Positions 22,301-35,300 of a DNA stretch of 60,000 nt are shown piece by piece. The position numbers and the translations under genes were made by a program. Positions within the stretch are counted from its first letter, which is position 1. Every line of letters starts with the position of its first letter. Where the stretch lies: positions 8,434,001 through 8,494,000 of the forward strand of contig CM119372.1 of NCBI GenBank assembly GCA_051294905.1, read 5' to 3'. This stretch comes from Botryllus schlosseri (taxonomy: Eukaryota). Under the pieces are notes generated by a model. The model saw nothing but the letters and a program-made list of their open reading frames with translations, had not been told where the DNA came from and ran no database searches.

Positions 22301-25300
22301 GTTTTTATAGTGTGATTTGGGCTCGGTAACATGATTGACGGTAAATTTCTGGTTTCGATTAACGATGTAGCCATACCTAGCGTTGTCTTGTCAAAATGAA
22401 CATTTCCGATATCTGGCGAGCATTCATCGTTTTTATTCAAGTAAAAGTAGAAGTAGCGATTTGCAAGACATTTCATGTAAACATTGTAAAACTATGTAAA
22501 GTAAAGAAAATGAAGATATGAAAAGTACTAATGACGCAACAAATTGGCACTATTTTAGAAAATATATTCAGTTACCGTGGTACAGATGCTGTTTCACTCG
22601 GTCGTAATGATGATTTCGGTCATAAACGCGATGGAAAGATATCCCGATTACCATCTGAGTATGGCAGACAGGCAAAATCTACTTGTGTACGCCAAAGAAG
22701 TAGAAGTATTTCATTACTGGCCAGCTCTGTATTTGGGTGTGTGATTTAGAAGAAAAAATACTGTTCATAATCAATCCTTGTGAAGCTTGTAGTTGTGTGC
22801 TGATTTACTTCGAACCAGGGTTGTAATGACTCGTCTCGAGTCACGATTTTCTGATGACTCGACTTGACTCGAGTCATTTCTCAACATGCGGAAATGACTC
22901 TACTCGACTCGAGTCAATCTGTGTATTGACTCGACTTGGACTCGAGTCGTTGCGCATGACTCGAACCAAGTCATATGACTCGAAACTCAGACGTCCATGA
23001 CCGACATTTTATTGTAATTTCGAAGAATAGTAAAGCAACCACACTATTGGGATTTCGTCTATTGGTACTGGTACTTGAAAATGCAACCAGAAACTGCTAA
23101 AAGTGAGGAAAATTATTATATCATAAATGCGAACCATTCGATATCACCAAACAGTTATAAAAAGAGGGTTTAACAAGTCTTCAACTGGAAACTGAGCAGT
23201 CAACACAATGACTTGGACTCGGACGCGAGTCATCATACCATGACTCGGACTCGCCCTCTACTCCGTGACTTGGACTCGGACTTGACTCTGTGGACTGTGG
23301 TGAATTGAAAATAACTCGACCTGACTCGGGTCAAAACTATAAAAGTTGAATTGACTTTTGACTTGGTTACAACCCTGCTTCGAATCAATTAGGCATGTAT
23401 AGGATTTATCATTGAAATGGAAAGATGAAAATACTTGAATTCACGTTTCGGTGAATCTCAACTTGTTTTTTGATTACCTTATTCGTGATATGCATATTGC
23501 CGTGTCTAGAATCCTTTCGATTCGCAGATGCTTTACGTTGTTTTGGGTAGAATTAATTCTAATTTTTTTTATTTAGATCTCTTGTATAGGCCTACTACCC
23601 AATCGTGACAAAATGAACCTATGTGTCATCGTGTAGCTTATAGTAGTGTGCCGATTATTATTGATACAACGTATAATGTATTCGAGTCATCATTTTTTCT
23701 GATTGAAGACGTTAAATTGCGAATTGACGTTTCGTGAAAACTGTTCCACTTAATGTCTGCTCCTGTCGCCGTGTTTGTTCAAAATTTCAATTTCAGTTTT
23801 TCATGTCTTGCACGCTTTTACCGCTAGTGCGCTGAACTGGAGACGGGGGTCTCGCAGACCAAGACGCTGTCCGAGCAGAACGCGGAGATGCGAAACGAAA
23901 TCAGCGCCCTACGGAAGGAGACGTCGGAGCAAGCGCAGCAGTACAACATGCTGCAGCAGAGAGTGAACGTGCTGGCCGTCGTGGATGCGCAGCATGGTGA
24001 ACTCAACGTCAGGTATCAGGTACGAAATCCTCGCATTGACATTATTGAACTTTCAAAAGAGACTCCTAACCAGAGGCGTAGTCTGCTTGATACAGAAGCG
24101 ATGTAAAGTTCTGCTCGGTTTTAAGCGGAAGTAGCGATTTCCAAGGTGTGTAAACTACTTCGAATAGAGAAGTATAAGTCAAGGTTATCATACGTCCTCC
24201 TTTTTCAAGAAATCGAGAATGTCCTACAAGGCCGTCCAAATGTCCTCCTTGTTTGCAATTCGTCCTCCATTATAGCTGTGACAGCCAGGTATTGTACAGG
24301 CACAAGTAAAGAACGCTGTGAATGGTCCGAAAACTGGATTTCGACGGCAGTGACTGCAAGGAAGACTAAATAGATTACATTAGAGCGGGCCTTACGGGAG
24401 TCGAGTCTAAAAAATGACCTTTTTCTGAGCAGTTAAGGTGGCTACTTACAAAATTAATACATGTATATATGCGACAAACGCAAAATGCCCGATGACACTA
24501 CAAATCGATAGAATCTTTGAAAATAAGTATTCACCTTCAGCGATACGGGGGCTATTTCAGGAGGTTCTTGTCACAATTTCACTCATAAAAGCCATAGAAA
24601 CTTATCATAAAACAGATTCCTACACTCCAAAATTCAAATTGGTAGGGTATGTAGTTTTGCCTAAAACCAGTTCAAGTTGATGCAGATGTAGCCTGAAGAC
24701 ACCACCGCATGAGTAAGTAGTAAATGTAGGTAAAGCATACTTGAGTATTCTGTAATAGTAGACTGTATGTCAAATATGTCTTGAGACCAAGCACGTAGCC
24801 AGCCGAAAAACAAGGGGGAGGGGTTCGATTTTTTTTTAATTTTCTAGCAGCATCAATTCATTAGGGTTAAGTACATATGTAAATTACGAATATACAATCT
24901 CCTCTTGTTGACGAACTTGCCAACGAGTCCGGAAGTGCTCTCAATTAGCGAGTCCCTGATCTGTGAACAATTGAATACGTGTGCTTATCAACGAGTGTTA
25001 CGTAGCCCCTGCGACGATTTGCGCAACTCAAAATGTCCGAGTTGTTGTGGAATCTGTTCTGTAATAACACCGATTTCAAGTGGTTCAAACATTTCATATC
25101 TTTTATAACTCAAGCCTTGATAAACATGTTCTGTTGTTTAAGTATTACCGGAATTGAATTACGCATGTACGCACCGCACATGTTTGCGGACATTTCGATT
25201 TCATTCAGTTTCGTGATGTCACTCTTCAATCGCCATCGCTAATCAGCATACATTTAACGGCATTGTCTCCAAGTCAACGGGAGATAGGAGCCAAAGCATG

Positions 25301-25657
25301 ATAGGCCCAAGACACGATAGTTAATCGAGCGATGACATCTTTCGTACCAGGCCTATTGCAGATGCGATTGTGTAGGCCAGCGAATATATCGACCCCCGAA
25401 ACCCCCCTGGCTACGTGCCTGGTAGTGACTGATCATCTATGCGCTATCCGTAGTAACCGGTTCGCTGTCACACGCAGGAACTCCAAAAAGAAAACAAGCT
25501 GCTAAAGGACGAGATAACCCGCCTCGAAAACGCGGTGGACGCCAGCGAAAAGGCGAGCAGCAAAAGGAGGCTCGAGGCGCAGGCGTGTCTCGGTCGTCTC
25601 GCAGACAAGCTGACAGACGTCACCGAGATCACGCAGAAGCTCCAGGAGACGCTGTGA
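16347..25657 (+). CDS. Homer: Homer scaffold protein (EVH1 domain + coiled coil), 8 exons, about 364 aa
   Basis: join(16347-16351,16417-16573,17927-18084,19192-19294,21286-21428,22132-22288,23828-24019,25478-25657), GT-AG and frame-consistent (1095 nt). [94 protein letters not shown]. Confidence 0.94.
19391..19590. mobile_element. Short palindromic MITE, same family as 3690-4379, in a Homer intron
   Basis: AAATATAATGTGGTCTC...GCAACTAAAAGATTTTC...TTTGAATGCAGTGGCTTCTGAG. Confidence 0.55.
22816..23377. mobile_element. hAT-like MITE (TIR CAGGGTTGTAA, GACTCGAGTC subterminal repeats) in Homer intron 6
   Basis: CAGGGTTGTAA...TTACAACCCTG; TSD CTTCGAAC/CTTCGAAT. Confidence 0.88.
24180..24430. mobile_element. 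Truncated copy of the TAGGGTTACCATA MITE family
   Basis: AAGGTTATCATACGTCCTCCTTTTTCAAG...AATGTCCT matches 4917-5010. Confidence 0.6.
24788..25421. mobile_element. MITE (TIR CAGGCACGTAGCCAG) in Homer intron 7
   Basis: CAAGCACGTAGCCAG...CTGGCTACGTGCCTG; G/C-run subtermini; flanks only 5/8 identical. Confidence 0.7.
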
Positions 25658-25881
25658 AGGAAGGAGTTTTTGAAACATTTCCGCGGACCTATTTATTATC
25701 AAGCTAGGCGACTAGACCGACGAAATATGCAACGGGTCACCGTCGCTTTGGGTTGAACGGTTATCGGCGAGCGTTTGAGCAGAACCGAACTGATTTCTTT
25801 CCTGTTGCAGTTGATTTACTCGATTTTTCTTACGTCTTTGCAGTCTCGTTGTCTACCATCACTGCCGTTTGTATCGCACTA

Positions 25882-26338
25882 TAGATAGCTAACCTACAAA
25901 TAGATAGGAAACACATGACCGCACGGTTGCGAAACCGGATAGGGCTAGCAATTTCAGGTAGCTCAGTAAACAGATGTGGTAATGGAATAGTATATTCATA
26001 TTGAAATGAACCCGAATATTTTCAGCTGACACTCGTCAGGGGTAATCAGCTAGTTGAGAATTGGAAAAAACATTGTCTACTGCTGACTACTTACTGACTA
26101 CTGACAAGTGTCAGCCGAAAATATTAGGGTTCATTTCAATATGAATTCAATTCTAATCTAATTTGGAATAACCTGTGTAGCTATAATTCTAATTTGGGAA
26201 AGCTGAAACTTTTCTAGTTGCGATCAATCGTAACAATGAGCTATTCCCATTGTTCGCCACAATGCTGATTTCTAGCTTGATCTGGTTGCACGGCTGTGTG
26301 GGTACGTGTTGCTCATCTACTGGGTAGGTTAGTTATCC
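25882..26338. repeat. Nested inverted repeats (probable MITE inside MITE) downstream of the Homer stop
   Basis: Inner stem 25994-26040/26100-26146 (ATTCATATTGAAATGAACCC..TTCAGCTGACACT and its reverse complement); looser outer stem TAGATAGCTAACCTAC.../...GTAGGTTAGTTATCCA. Confidence 0.75.
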
Positions 26339-26489
26339 ACAATCACACTCGCCAGACATACGTTGTCCTGTCGCAGCCTGTCACGTTGCGTACTGTTTGC
26401 ACTTACACATAACCGAATGAACGCAGATCCGAACGTTATCACACACTCGACCACGTGACAATTTACAACGATATTTCTTTACTCGTTAG

Positions 26490-27163
26490 AAGGGCTGGGC
26501 AGAATCGAGCGGCCGAGCGATTCGATTCTGAATTGAGTATAAGCCGTCGAGTATCGCTCTCTACGACGTGATCACAGTATGAAAAAGACAACCACAAAGA
26601 CTATTATGACACGAAAGATTCTGTCCTCACCTATGTCATTGCACTTTGTGACAATGCTTAGGCTTGATCACGACATCACCGATACGTTATTTCCATTTCC
26701 CAGTGACGGGCGTCACGTACTAGGCTACATGTTTCCTATGTTGCGATATAACCAATCAAGGTCGACTAGCGAGTTGATTTCGTTGAGTAGATAAGTTATA
26801 CGTGATTGTCGCTTGGGATATTTTACCAACTAGAAGAAGAGCTTCGATAAGTGGTGGTTTTGAACCCATATTAGTCATAACACGACAAGTCAAAGTAGGC
26901 TGTGGATGTTCATAGAACCGACATTGTGGCGCAGTATGGTAGAGTATGTGCCATTTGAAATAGTCATCGATGGTCATTCGGTCAAGCAATTAAAAAAATA
27001 TTGGTAACTCGTTATTTTTCTTGTTGACGTCAAAATGCCGCATATTTGAATTCTATTATTACAGTTCTAATGTCGTAATAGGTGGTACTCTAGTTCTCGA
27101 GTCGAAGCTTAATACAAGACTCGGAATCTAATCACAAGAATACTCGGTTTTTTGCTCAGCCCA
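26490..27163. mobile_element. Decayed hAT-like MITE (AGGGCTGGGC...GCTCAGCCC, GAATCGA repeats)
   Basis: Terminal inverted match; a related right end at 35730-35809 (GACAGCCCTA); no clear TSD. Confidence 0.5.
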
Positions 27164-28506
27164 TGTTTTCTGTTAAAGCAGTTTTTGGGTAGTGATCTTC
27201 ATATATCGACATAGATTTTCATAAGTTTCCTCGATTTATTTCATATTACTCGCGTACCTTGGTAGTTTCAGCAGTTGAATTAACCCTAGGATACGAACTA
27301 ATGACAACGCCATAATGCTGGTTATCGATTACGGCCTCAATAACGAAATATGTTAGCCCAAAGATTACTTATTTAGTAGTGGTATTTCTTCCTTCCGTTG
27401 CCTCTTATTTGTCATGGATACCATTCTCGGTGTTGCGATTTTGCTTCCATAGCTACACTACTAAATACAATAGAAAACATTCAATTATTCATATTAAAGC
27501 ATGCCGGTTTGAGTGGTGAAAATTTGGATTTGGAAGAAACATTTTGTTATTAGAACCTATTTATTCTGCACTGCATATTTTGCGTGAAGGGGGCAAAAGT
27601 GAACAATTCTCCCCCGTGCTGATCGCATGCCGTATCAAAATCAGCAATCTGTTCCGAATCCTGGATTGTTTCGTAGGTCATACGTGTGACATTATTCAAT
27701 TGCTTGTTACCTATATTTTGTCATACATTTAGAACCCCGAACATCTTGTATGTGTTACCTAGTAATCTGCTTTCTCACCCTTCATGGAGATATATTAATA
27801 CAATACTCTGCGCCATATTTATTGTCCACTCTATGGATGGATTACAATATCTGCATTCAATCAATAATCGCATGTAGCCAGCGCTTTCACTATACACGAG
27901 ACTTTTTTGAGAAGTTTACCATGCAGTCATATTAGATGTAGTTATAATTTGAATTTGTCGTCATTGTGCTTGATCCGCCCGCAGCAATATGATTCTCACC
28001 AATTTCTTGTTTCAGGTAAGGCATAATTTATGGTGCATGATTTCTTGAGCATATGATCGAAATATTCCCTATTTTTGTACTTCCGTTTGTCTCGACCGGC
28101 GCATATCTTCACAGCATATTTTCATAACCTTGTCAGTAGTTTTTTTAAAGTTCATCTATCTTACCTGGTTGTCTTCAAAGCGTTATTGTGATAGGGCAGT
28201 CGTCGTTGCTTTGTGGCGTCGTGAGAGGTATAATTTGTGTTTGAAAGATTGGTTCGTTTCTAGTTGCTGCTTTTGTTCCCAGATATTTGATTTCTAATAC
28301 ACTCGCTCTGTATTTATGTGTGCCGGGTATCAGTTTGATCTTAGTCGTCAAGTCGCACTTTTCGGAGCTGGTCAGTACGGAAGTACTCGGACTAAAGTAC
28401 CATTGAAATGGACTGTTCTTAGACTACTAAGCTGGCTTTGGACATTTTTGGATAGGCTTGTGTCGCTCTTATGAGTGAAATTGACACAACGGCAGAGCAA
28501 ATTAGC

Positions 28507-28824
28507 TAGGGTTACCATATTTTGGAAGCGGGAAAGGAGGACACTTTTTCAAACTTAGAATACCGATGGACAATACTGAAAAAATGCTAAATTTTTTCCA
28601 CTTCGTAGTCGGTTGACTAGTCAAAAAGGTCAACTTTTCACTCAGCTCCCGAAATACCGGTCGGAGCGTCACTTCGGTGCTAATTTACGGCATCTCAGTC
28701 GAATTTTGCTATGAATTTTACCGAAATTCCTCAAAAAGAGGACAAAATCTCAAAAAGTAGAACATTTTCAAAAACCCGAAAAAGGAGGACAAATCCTCTC
28801 AAAGGAGGACGTATGGTAACCCTA
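28507..28824. mobile_element. hAT-like MITE (TIR TAGGGTTACCATA)
   Basis: Perfect TIRs; perfect TSD AAATTAGC at 28499-28506 and 28825-28832. Confidence 0.92.
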
Positions 28825-29349
28825 AAATTAGCCCTTCTATCACAGTAACTGTGGATGGACTGGGGTAGGCCTGTGAGTTGAGTTTTCCAGAACTCATCGA
28901 TTTTCAAAAATGATCGTTCTTCTTAGTCAACACAACAGTATTGTTGAAGCTAGTCTTTCAGGAGTCCAAATTAGCGGTTACCTCGTCCCATTTCATGGAT
29001 TTGTAAAATGTCATCCTTTCTGGATCTCAAATATGGTAACCCCTAGCTTCAAGGATGTCAGCAAAAAGGTAACTCATTACAGAGATCTCACTTCCGAATA
29101 ACATAGGATTTGCGACTGTACCTCCCTGATAGGATGCTATGCCGAATTGTACGTTCAAATTATACAATGCCTGTAAAATAATGCAGACATGCAGAAGGTC
29201 AATGTAAAAAAGCTATTTACCCGTGCAACCTTCACAACAACTCTCTATGGATTTTTTAATACGATGGATGGAAAATGTAGAATCATAAGGAAAGTTAAGT
29301 AAGAAAACGATCGGCAGGGTGAGCATGATACGATAAAAGAAGGCGAAAA

Positions 29350-32300
29350 TCAAAGCACAGCTTCATCCTTCATTTCAGTTACCTCAAGCCATTCCTTGTA
29401 CCTCCGTCGGAAACTGAATACTTTACGTTCAAAAGTTGTGTCGGCGACTTCCCACTGAAAAATACCGCCATCGCGTCAAGAAATATTTTAAAGACGTCAA
29501 CTGTCACGCCCCTTCCTTACCCTGTTGTACCCTTCTGGCCAGTCAGATGCCTTTTCGAGTAAAGTTATCATCTTAACCGTAGTTTTTATATTTGATTCCT
29601 TCATTTCTCGGAGTATTCTGGTGAGGTAGCGATAATCGTATCCACGAACATCTAGAAACATAACAATGTACTATTGATACAAATTCAGTAACAAAGGTAA
29701 AAAATCTGACCTTTGTAGCCTTCAATCTTAGTTGGCCTGTTGCTGAGAGCGCTTAACAGCATACTGGTAAAGAATACTTCATCTAATTGCACCTGAAACA
29801 GAATTTTGATGTCTGCAAGGCGAGGGTGATTAATCCAGATCGATTGTAAATGTAATATTCTGTTGCAAAAACACTTCTCATCCCAGTTTTGGGATGACTC
29901 GAGTCACCTTTTTCGTATGACTTGACTTTACTCGAGTCACTTTGCCAAAATGACTTGACTTGACTTGACGCATCAGAAATGCAAATTGACTCGTGACTCG
30001 AAGCAAAATTTACGAGTCAATTTCGAGTCGTAAGTAATCGATGTCGACTAAATCGCTGTATCTTGTATAAGTTCACATTGCTATACAATCACTCAATGAT
30101 TGTGGGTTTTACCGAGCCTCCATTGTTATATCACAAATAAATTGATCGCAAATGCATTGACGATAGCTTACAGCTTACGACACTTTAGTTTGGTGCACAA
30201 GGCCGTAGTTGCTAAGCACCATAATCCCCATTATACATACAACTACATCTTACGTTCACGTAACCTGGCCCACTTTAACCAACCTTTTTGTATGATTTAA
30301 ATCGAACGAATATTGTTAATACGTTGATAATTGTGTATCATGGATATGCAAGTGAGTAGGGTGTTGCACTATATCATTTTTTGAACTTTCTTTGGGTTTC
30401 GTATGTTATCCTGTATTATAGCTGATAATTATTATAGACTGGGGCCATACCGCCTGCGTAGTTTAGTAGTTCTGCGTGTGTGAGCGATACAGCGTCCTTT
30501 TGCGCGTATCATCCACTCTTTATTCGTGCCTCGATTACGAATAAATGGGGACTTCATCTGTATTTAATACAGATAGCAAAATGCAATAGCTCTGAATCAT
30601 GTCTCGTATCAAGTTGACTTGATTAGTGACATGACTCGTGACTTGACTTGACTCGACTCAAGTTGGGTGAAAGTGAAATAAACAAATGTCCAATGTTACG
30701 GAAACATCTTGTATAAAAATATAATTCAAGTGTGTACTGTACAGTATACGGTATGCCGTGTTTTATAAATCAAGTGTGTACTGTACAGTATACGGTATGC
30801 CGTGTTAAGTTAACCATGTGATTTACTGGATACATCAGCTATCCAAACTGTATGTAACAGCATGCCTGACAGTGTGGCTTGTCTGTAATTTCCAAGATTC
30901 CCAATGCAGTGTTGGGATGACTCGAGTCAACTTTTTCGTATGACTTGACTCGAGTCACTTTGCAAAAATGACTTGACTTGACTTGGAGCTTCAGAAATCT
31001 GCATTGACTCGTGACTCGGAGCAAAATGTACGAGTCAATCTCAAGTCATTAAGTAAACAGTGTCAATTAAATCAATCTATCTTGTGTATGTTCGGATTGT
31101 TCAAGATACGCCGGTGTCACTTGCGAGAGAAATCAGTCATTCACTGATTGTACGATACACTGATCCTCCATTGTTACATCACAAATAAATTGACCGTAAA
31201 CGAAACGATCACAGTTTACGTTGTCGTACCAGTAGTAGATTAATCTAATAGCAATGTGTCTGTTTCTTAGACGGCTCAATGCTTACGTTGCGCATTGCTC
31301 AGTTTTGCCAACCCTCTTGTATGATTTAAATCGAACAAATATAGTCTGTGCGTTTATATTCTTACAGATGTGTAGATGGGTAGTGTAGGCTATTGTACCA
31401 AATCAATTTGTTTCAACTTCTCGGGGCTCCGTATTCGGTCCTATATTTTGGCTTATTATAACTGACTGTAGCATGTAACTGTACAGCTACACACGTATTC
31501 TAATAGCAGTTGTACGTGTGCGATGCCATGTCTTTTTGCATGTTTGTTCAACTTTATATTCGTTATTTGGCTCAAGATAAATGGCCAATTCATCTGTCTT
31601 TCACACACTTAGCAAAATGTAATGGCTTTGAATCATAACTCATACTTCGAAATTCAATTTGTCTTGAATTGTGACTTGACTCGACTTGACTCGAGTCACC
31701 TCCAAAAAACGGGTGACTTGACTTGACTCGAGTCACCTTCGAAAATCGATTGACTCGAGTCAAAATGTGCAATGACTCGAAATGACTCGTGACTCGAAGG
31801 TAGTGACTTGATCCCAACACTGTCCCAATGATACAAAGCTATAAGCGGTAAAAATGAAATGTCTTTCCCGAGCCCTTGACCCGTAGTACAATTTGAAGGA
31901 ATAAGAAATGGAATGAAACTCACATCTTTCTCCTTCACTTGCTTGATGAGAGAAACGCCCTGAAATCCGGTTCGACAAGACATGGCCATGATGGACCACG
32001 TTCTGTAATTAGGCTGCAAACCGTCAGACACCATCTTCTCGAGAATCTCCTGCAAAATACTCCAATGCTACGTTGGGTGGGATGATCGAAATGTTAATAT
32101 AGTGAGAAATCAAAGTGACATAGTGACGACATGATGTATTATTATTCTATAAAAAAATCGATGAAGTGGTTGGATTCACACCCAAGTCCAAGACAAAATA
32201 ATCCTCTTACTCCGAGCCACGCAAAATCATTCCGGTAGATGCACTTTCGCAGAATCGCGTTGTAAAAATCCGTGTCAAGCACGACGCGATGCTTTTTCGC

Positions 32301-35300
32301 AAAGTCAATAATTTCATTTTCGGCCTCTCTGCTGTTTGTCATCACCCAAACCAGCGAAGACAAGAGCTACAAAATCAAATAAAATCGGTATTATTACCAC
32401 GCAATTCGACACTCGCTTTCTCACCATTCGCGTTGGCGCGACGTTGTACTTCTCAATCATATCGAGAACGTTGGCATATCCGCCTATCAGGTCCAATCTT
32501 TCGGTAATGCTCAAATCCTTTTTGAAGCCCAGCAATGGTGAGTTCGAGCCACGATCGGCCCCGGGCAGATTCAACAAATTAAGACTGGATTTCAGCCTCT
32601 CATTCGTCACACTGGTCTTCGTTATCGTGTCGATTTTTTGTTCATCGTTTTGAATCGATTCGTCATCGCAAGCGTTCGCTTCAGCGCCAATATCATGATT
32701 TAAATTGTTAAATTCCAGCAATCGTGCGTCTAACGTTATCACTTCTGGATCGGAAGCGATTTCTCCCGAAACTTGACTTTGCGGCATCGATACCTGACCC
32801 TTCAGCCAATATACGTTTCTGATGTGCTTCCGGAAGAAGTGTTTGTAATCTGCGGCATCCAGCGCTTCTTCCGTCAGTTTCCTGGGTAGAAAATGGTATG
32901 ACGTTTAACGTTGCGAGTGGAGTTACGACGCGTCTGACTGTAATTGACTAATGATCGGGATTGTGAAATGGAAAAACTTGCAAAAAGGATAGATTTGTGC
33001 AGGAAATCACCGCAAAGTTATGTGTTTGTATCAAAATTTAATAGTATCCAGTGGAGCAGGCGTAAATATTAGGTTGATGTGGTTCTGATACGAAGCCCAT
33101 TAATACCGCTTCTCTGGTTCCAGTACTGAGGTCCAAGAATAGCTTCAAAAATATAAGGGTGATTCCATTCTATCTAACGCAGTGGTTCCCAACCGGTGCT
33201 GGGGAATTCAATGGTTTCTGGTTGGGAATAAACGAATTTGTTCAACTTATACAGTATAGTCTACATATTTATGGAGACACATGCGCGATTACCCTTACCA
33301 GTTACCTGCTCTGGAATGTATGTATCGAAAAATATATTGCGTGTTGTTCACAAAAACTCATTTTTAACTCTGGATAACCAATGATGGCATCACAAACGCA
33401 TCCAGCACGACCAGTATGACGTGAAATAACACTTTCAGTAAATTTTTAGGGTTACCGCAATCGGTTCACAATACGTTTTTTTTGCAGTAATAGGCGATTA
33501 TCTTGCGTACTGGTGTGGTTGTGTGTCTTGTGTACTGGAATGAAGATTCGGAATAAATCTAAAGTGGGGGATGAAGACGAGAAGGTTGGGAGCCACTAAT
33601 CTAACGTTTTGAATTGAATATTTCTTAATTTAGCTGCACAAATGTCTATATCAATATATAAAGCACATCTCCAACCACTGTGTCAAAATAACTGATAAAG
33701 ACTGACTCTTTACGCGTTGATACACACTCACTTGAACGCAAGATCTGGATCACCGATTCCGCATTGTTTGACGATTTTCAGCAGGTACATGATAGACTTT
33801 CCATCCGGTTTGATATCCAGCATCGTCATCCATCTCCAAACCTGAATTGAGGAATTGTTCAGGTCAAGGAAAAATTCTGTTTGAAACCGGATGCAAGTCA
33901 TGCAATGTGAAGCATAGCACCAAGAGAGCTTTTGATTCAATCCATATTATCAATATTATTACCTGTATGGCTTTCCTGAGTCCGTCGTCTTTATGCTCCA
34001 ACATGCATTGCAAAATCGTGTTGAATGTGTTCACGTCCGGTTCATAACCGGCTGTGATCGACTCTCTCAAAATGCCCATCATTTGTTCGGTAGTGCCGTG
34101 TCTGCCGAAAACCTGTTTAGTGGACCAAAACACAGGTTTTTCTTACTAAAGAGCAGGGTTGTAATGACTCGAGTCATGACTCGACTCGAGTCTGACTCGA
34201 GTAATAATGAATGGCAAATGTTGTGTGATGTTTGTACAATAGGGCTGTTCAAAAATAACTTTTTTATTTTTTATTTTACGACTGGCTACTTGATAAAATT
34301 GTTATGTTGCATTAAAAGAACACAGAATCTGGTTAAATTTTAAAAAGTAGAATCAATGATATCAGAGGAGAAAATTTGGATTTGAAAATTAATGGAGTAT
34401 TTTTAGTGAGAAATTCTTTCATATAATATAATTACATACTAGTAGTAAGCCGACTATTTTTTCATATCAAAAATATCCTACTCTAATAACTTCGCTTCTT
34501 CTAGTTGGATTTGAGCCAAATTTGCTGTGAATCATATTTTCACACAATCTAACAATATCATGAGGTAGTCGGTAAAATTCGAAAATCTCTGTTCGTAATT
34601 AATCCAAAATTTTCTCTCATAGCATTGCTTTCTACCGGTTGGAATTGAGACAAATTTGTTTTTTTTTAGGCAATCTAACAATTTTAAGAAGTAGCCGGAA
34701 AATTTGAAAAAATGTTTTTTTAGCAGCCCCATTGTACAATTATTTCTCCAATGCTGTAACTGCGATGTAGTCCGTAATGCAATTGGGAAAACCTTTAGTA
34801 ATATCAAAAGGTATCTGTTCTTTCGTAACTGCACATAGCTGCATGCACGCTTTTACATCAATCTGGCCTGGCGAAAATACATCTACATAAACATGCATCA
34901 ATTGATTCTCTATCACCTGATAATGTAGACGTGAATTCGTAGGTTCTCTATCAGATAGTATGTAGACTTGAATTCGTTGGTTCTCAATCACCTATTTGTG
35001 AGCTGTCGTCGATGTGCTCGTAATAAAAACTGAATGCTTGTATTTGTGATGTAGCAGACTGACAAGACAGATATTTGATTTAAAGTTCTAAGATTAGTAA
35101 AGTCATCATATTGGCGGCCTGTCTCGTCTATCTGTAGCATCGGTAAATGAGGCCAGGAACTGTTCGTAATCTGCCTAAATAAATATGTGCCAAGACTCTG
35201 ATAGGGACGAAATAAGCATGTTTGGAAAGCAAGGAATTCGATATCACCCGAGCAGGATTGAAAATATGGGTTGAACATGACTTCAATACTGTGACTTAGA

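Noticed and set aside
22820..23360. Dense GACTCGAGTC palindromes as a regulatory or iteron array
   Set aside because: Explained as hAT subterminal repeats present in several TSD-bounded elements
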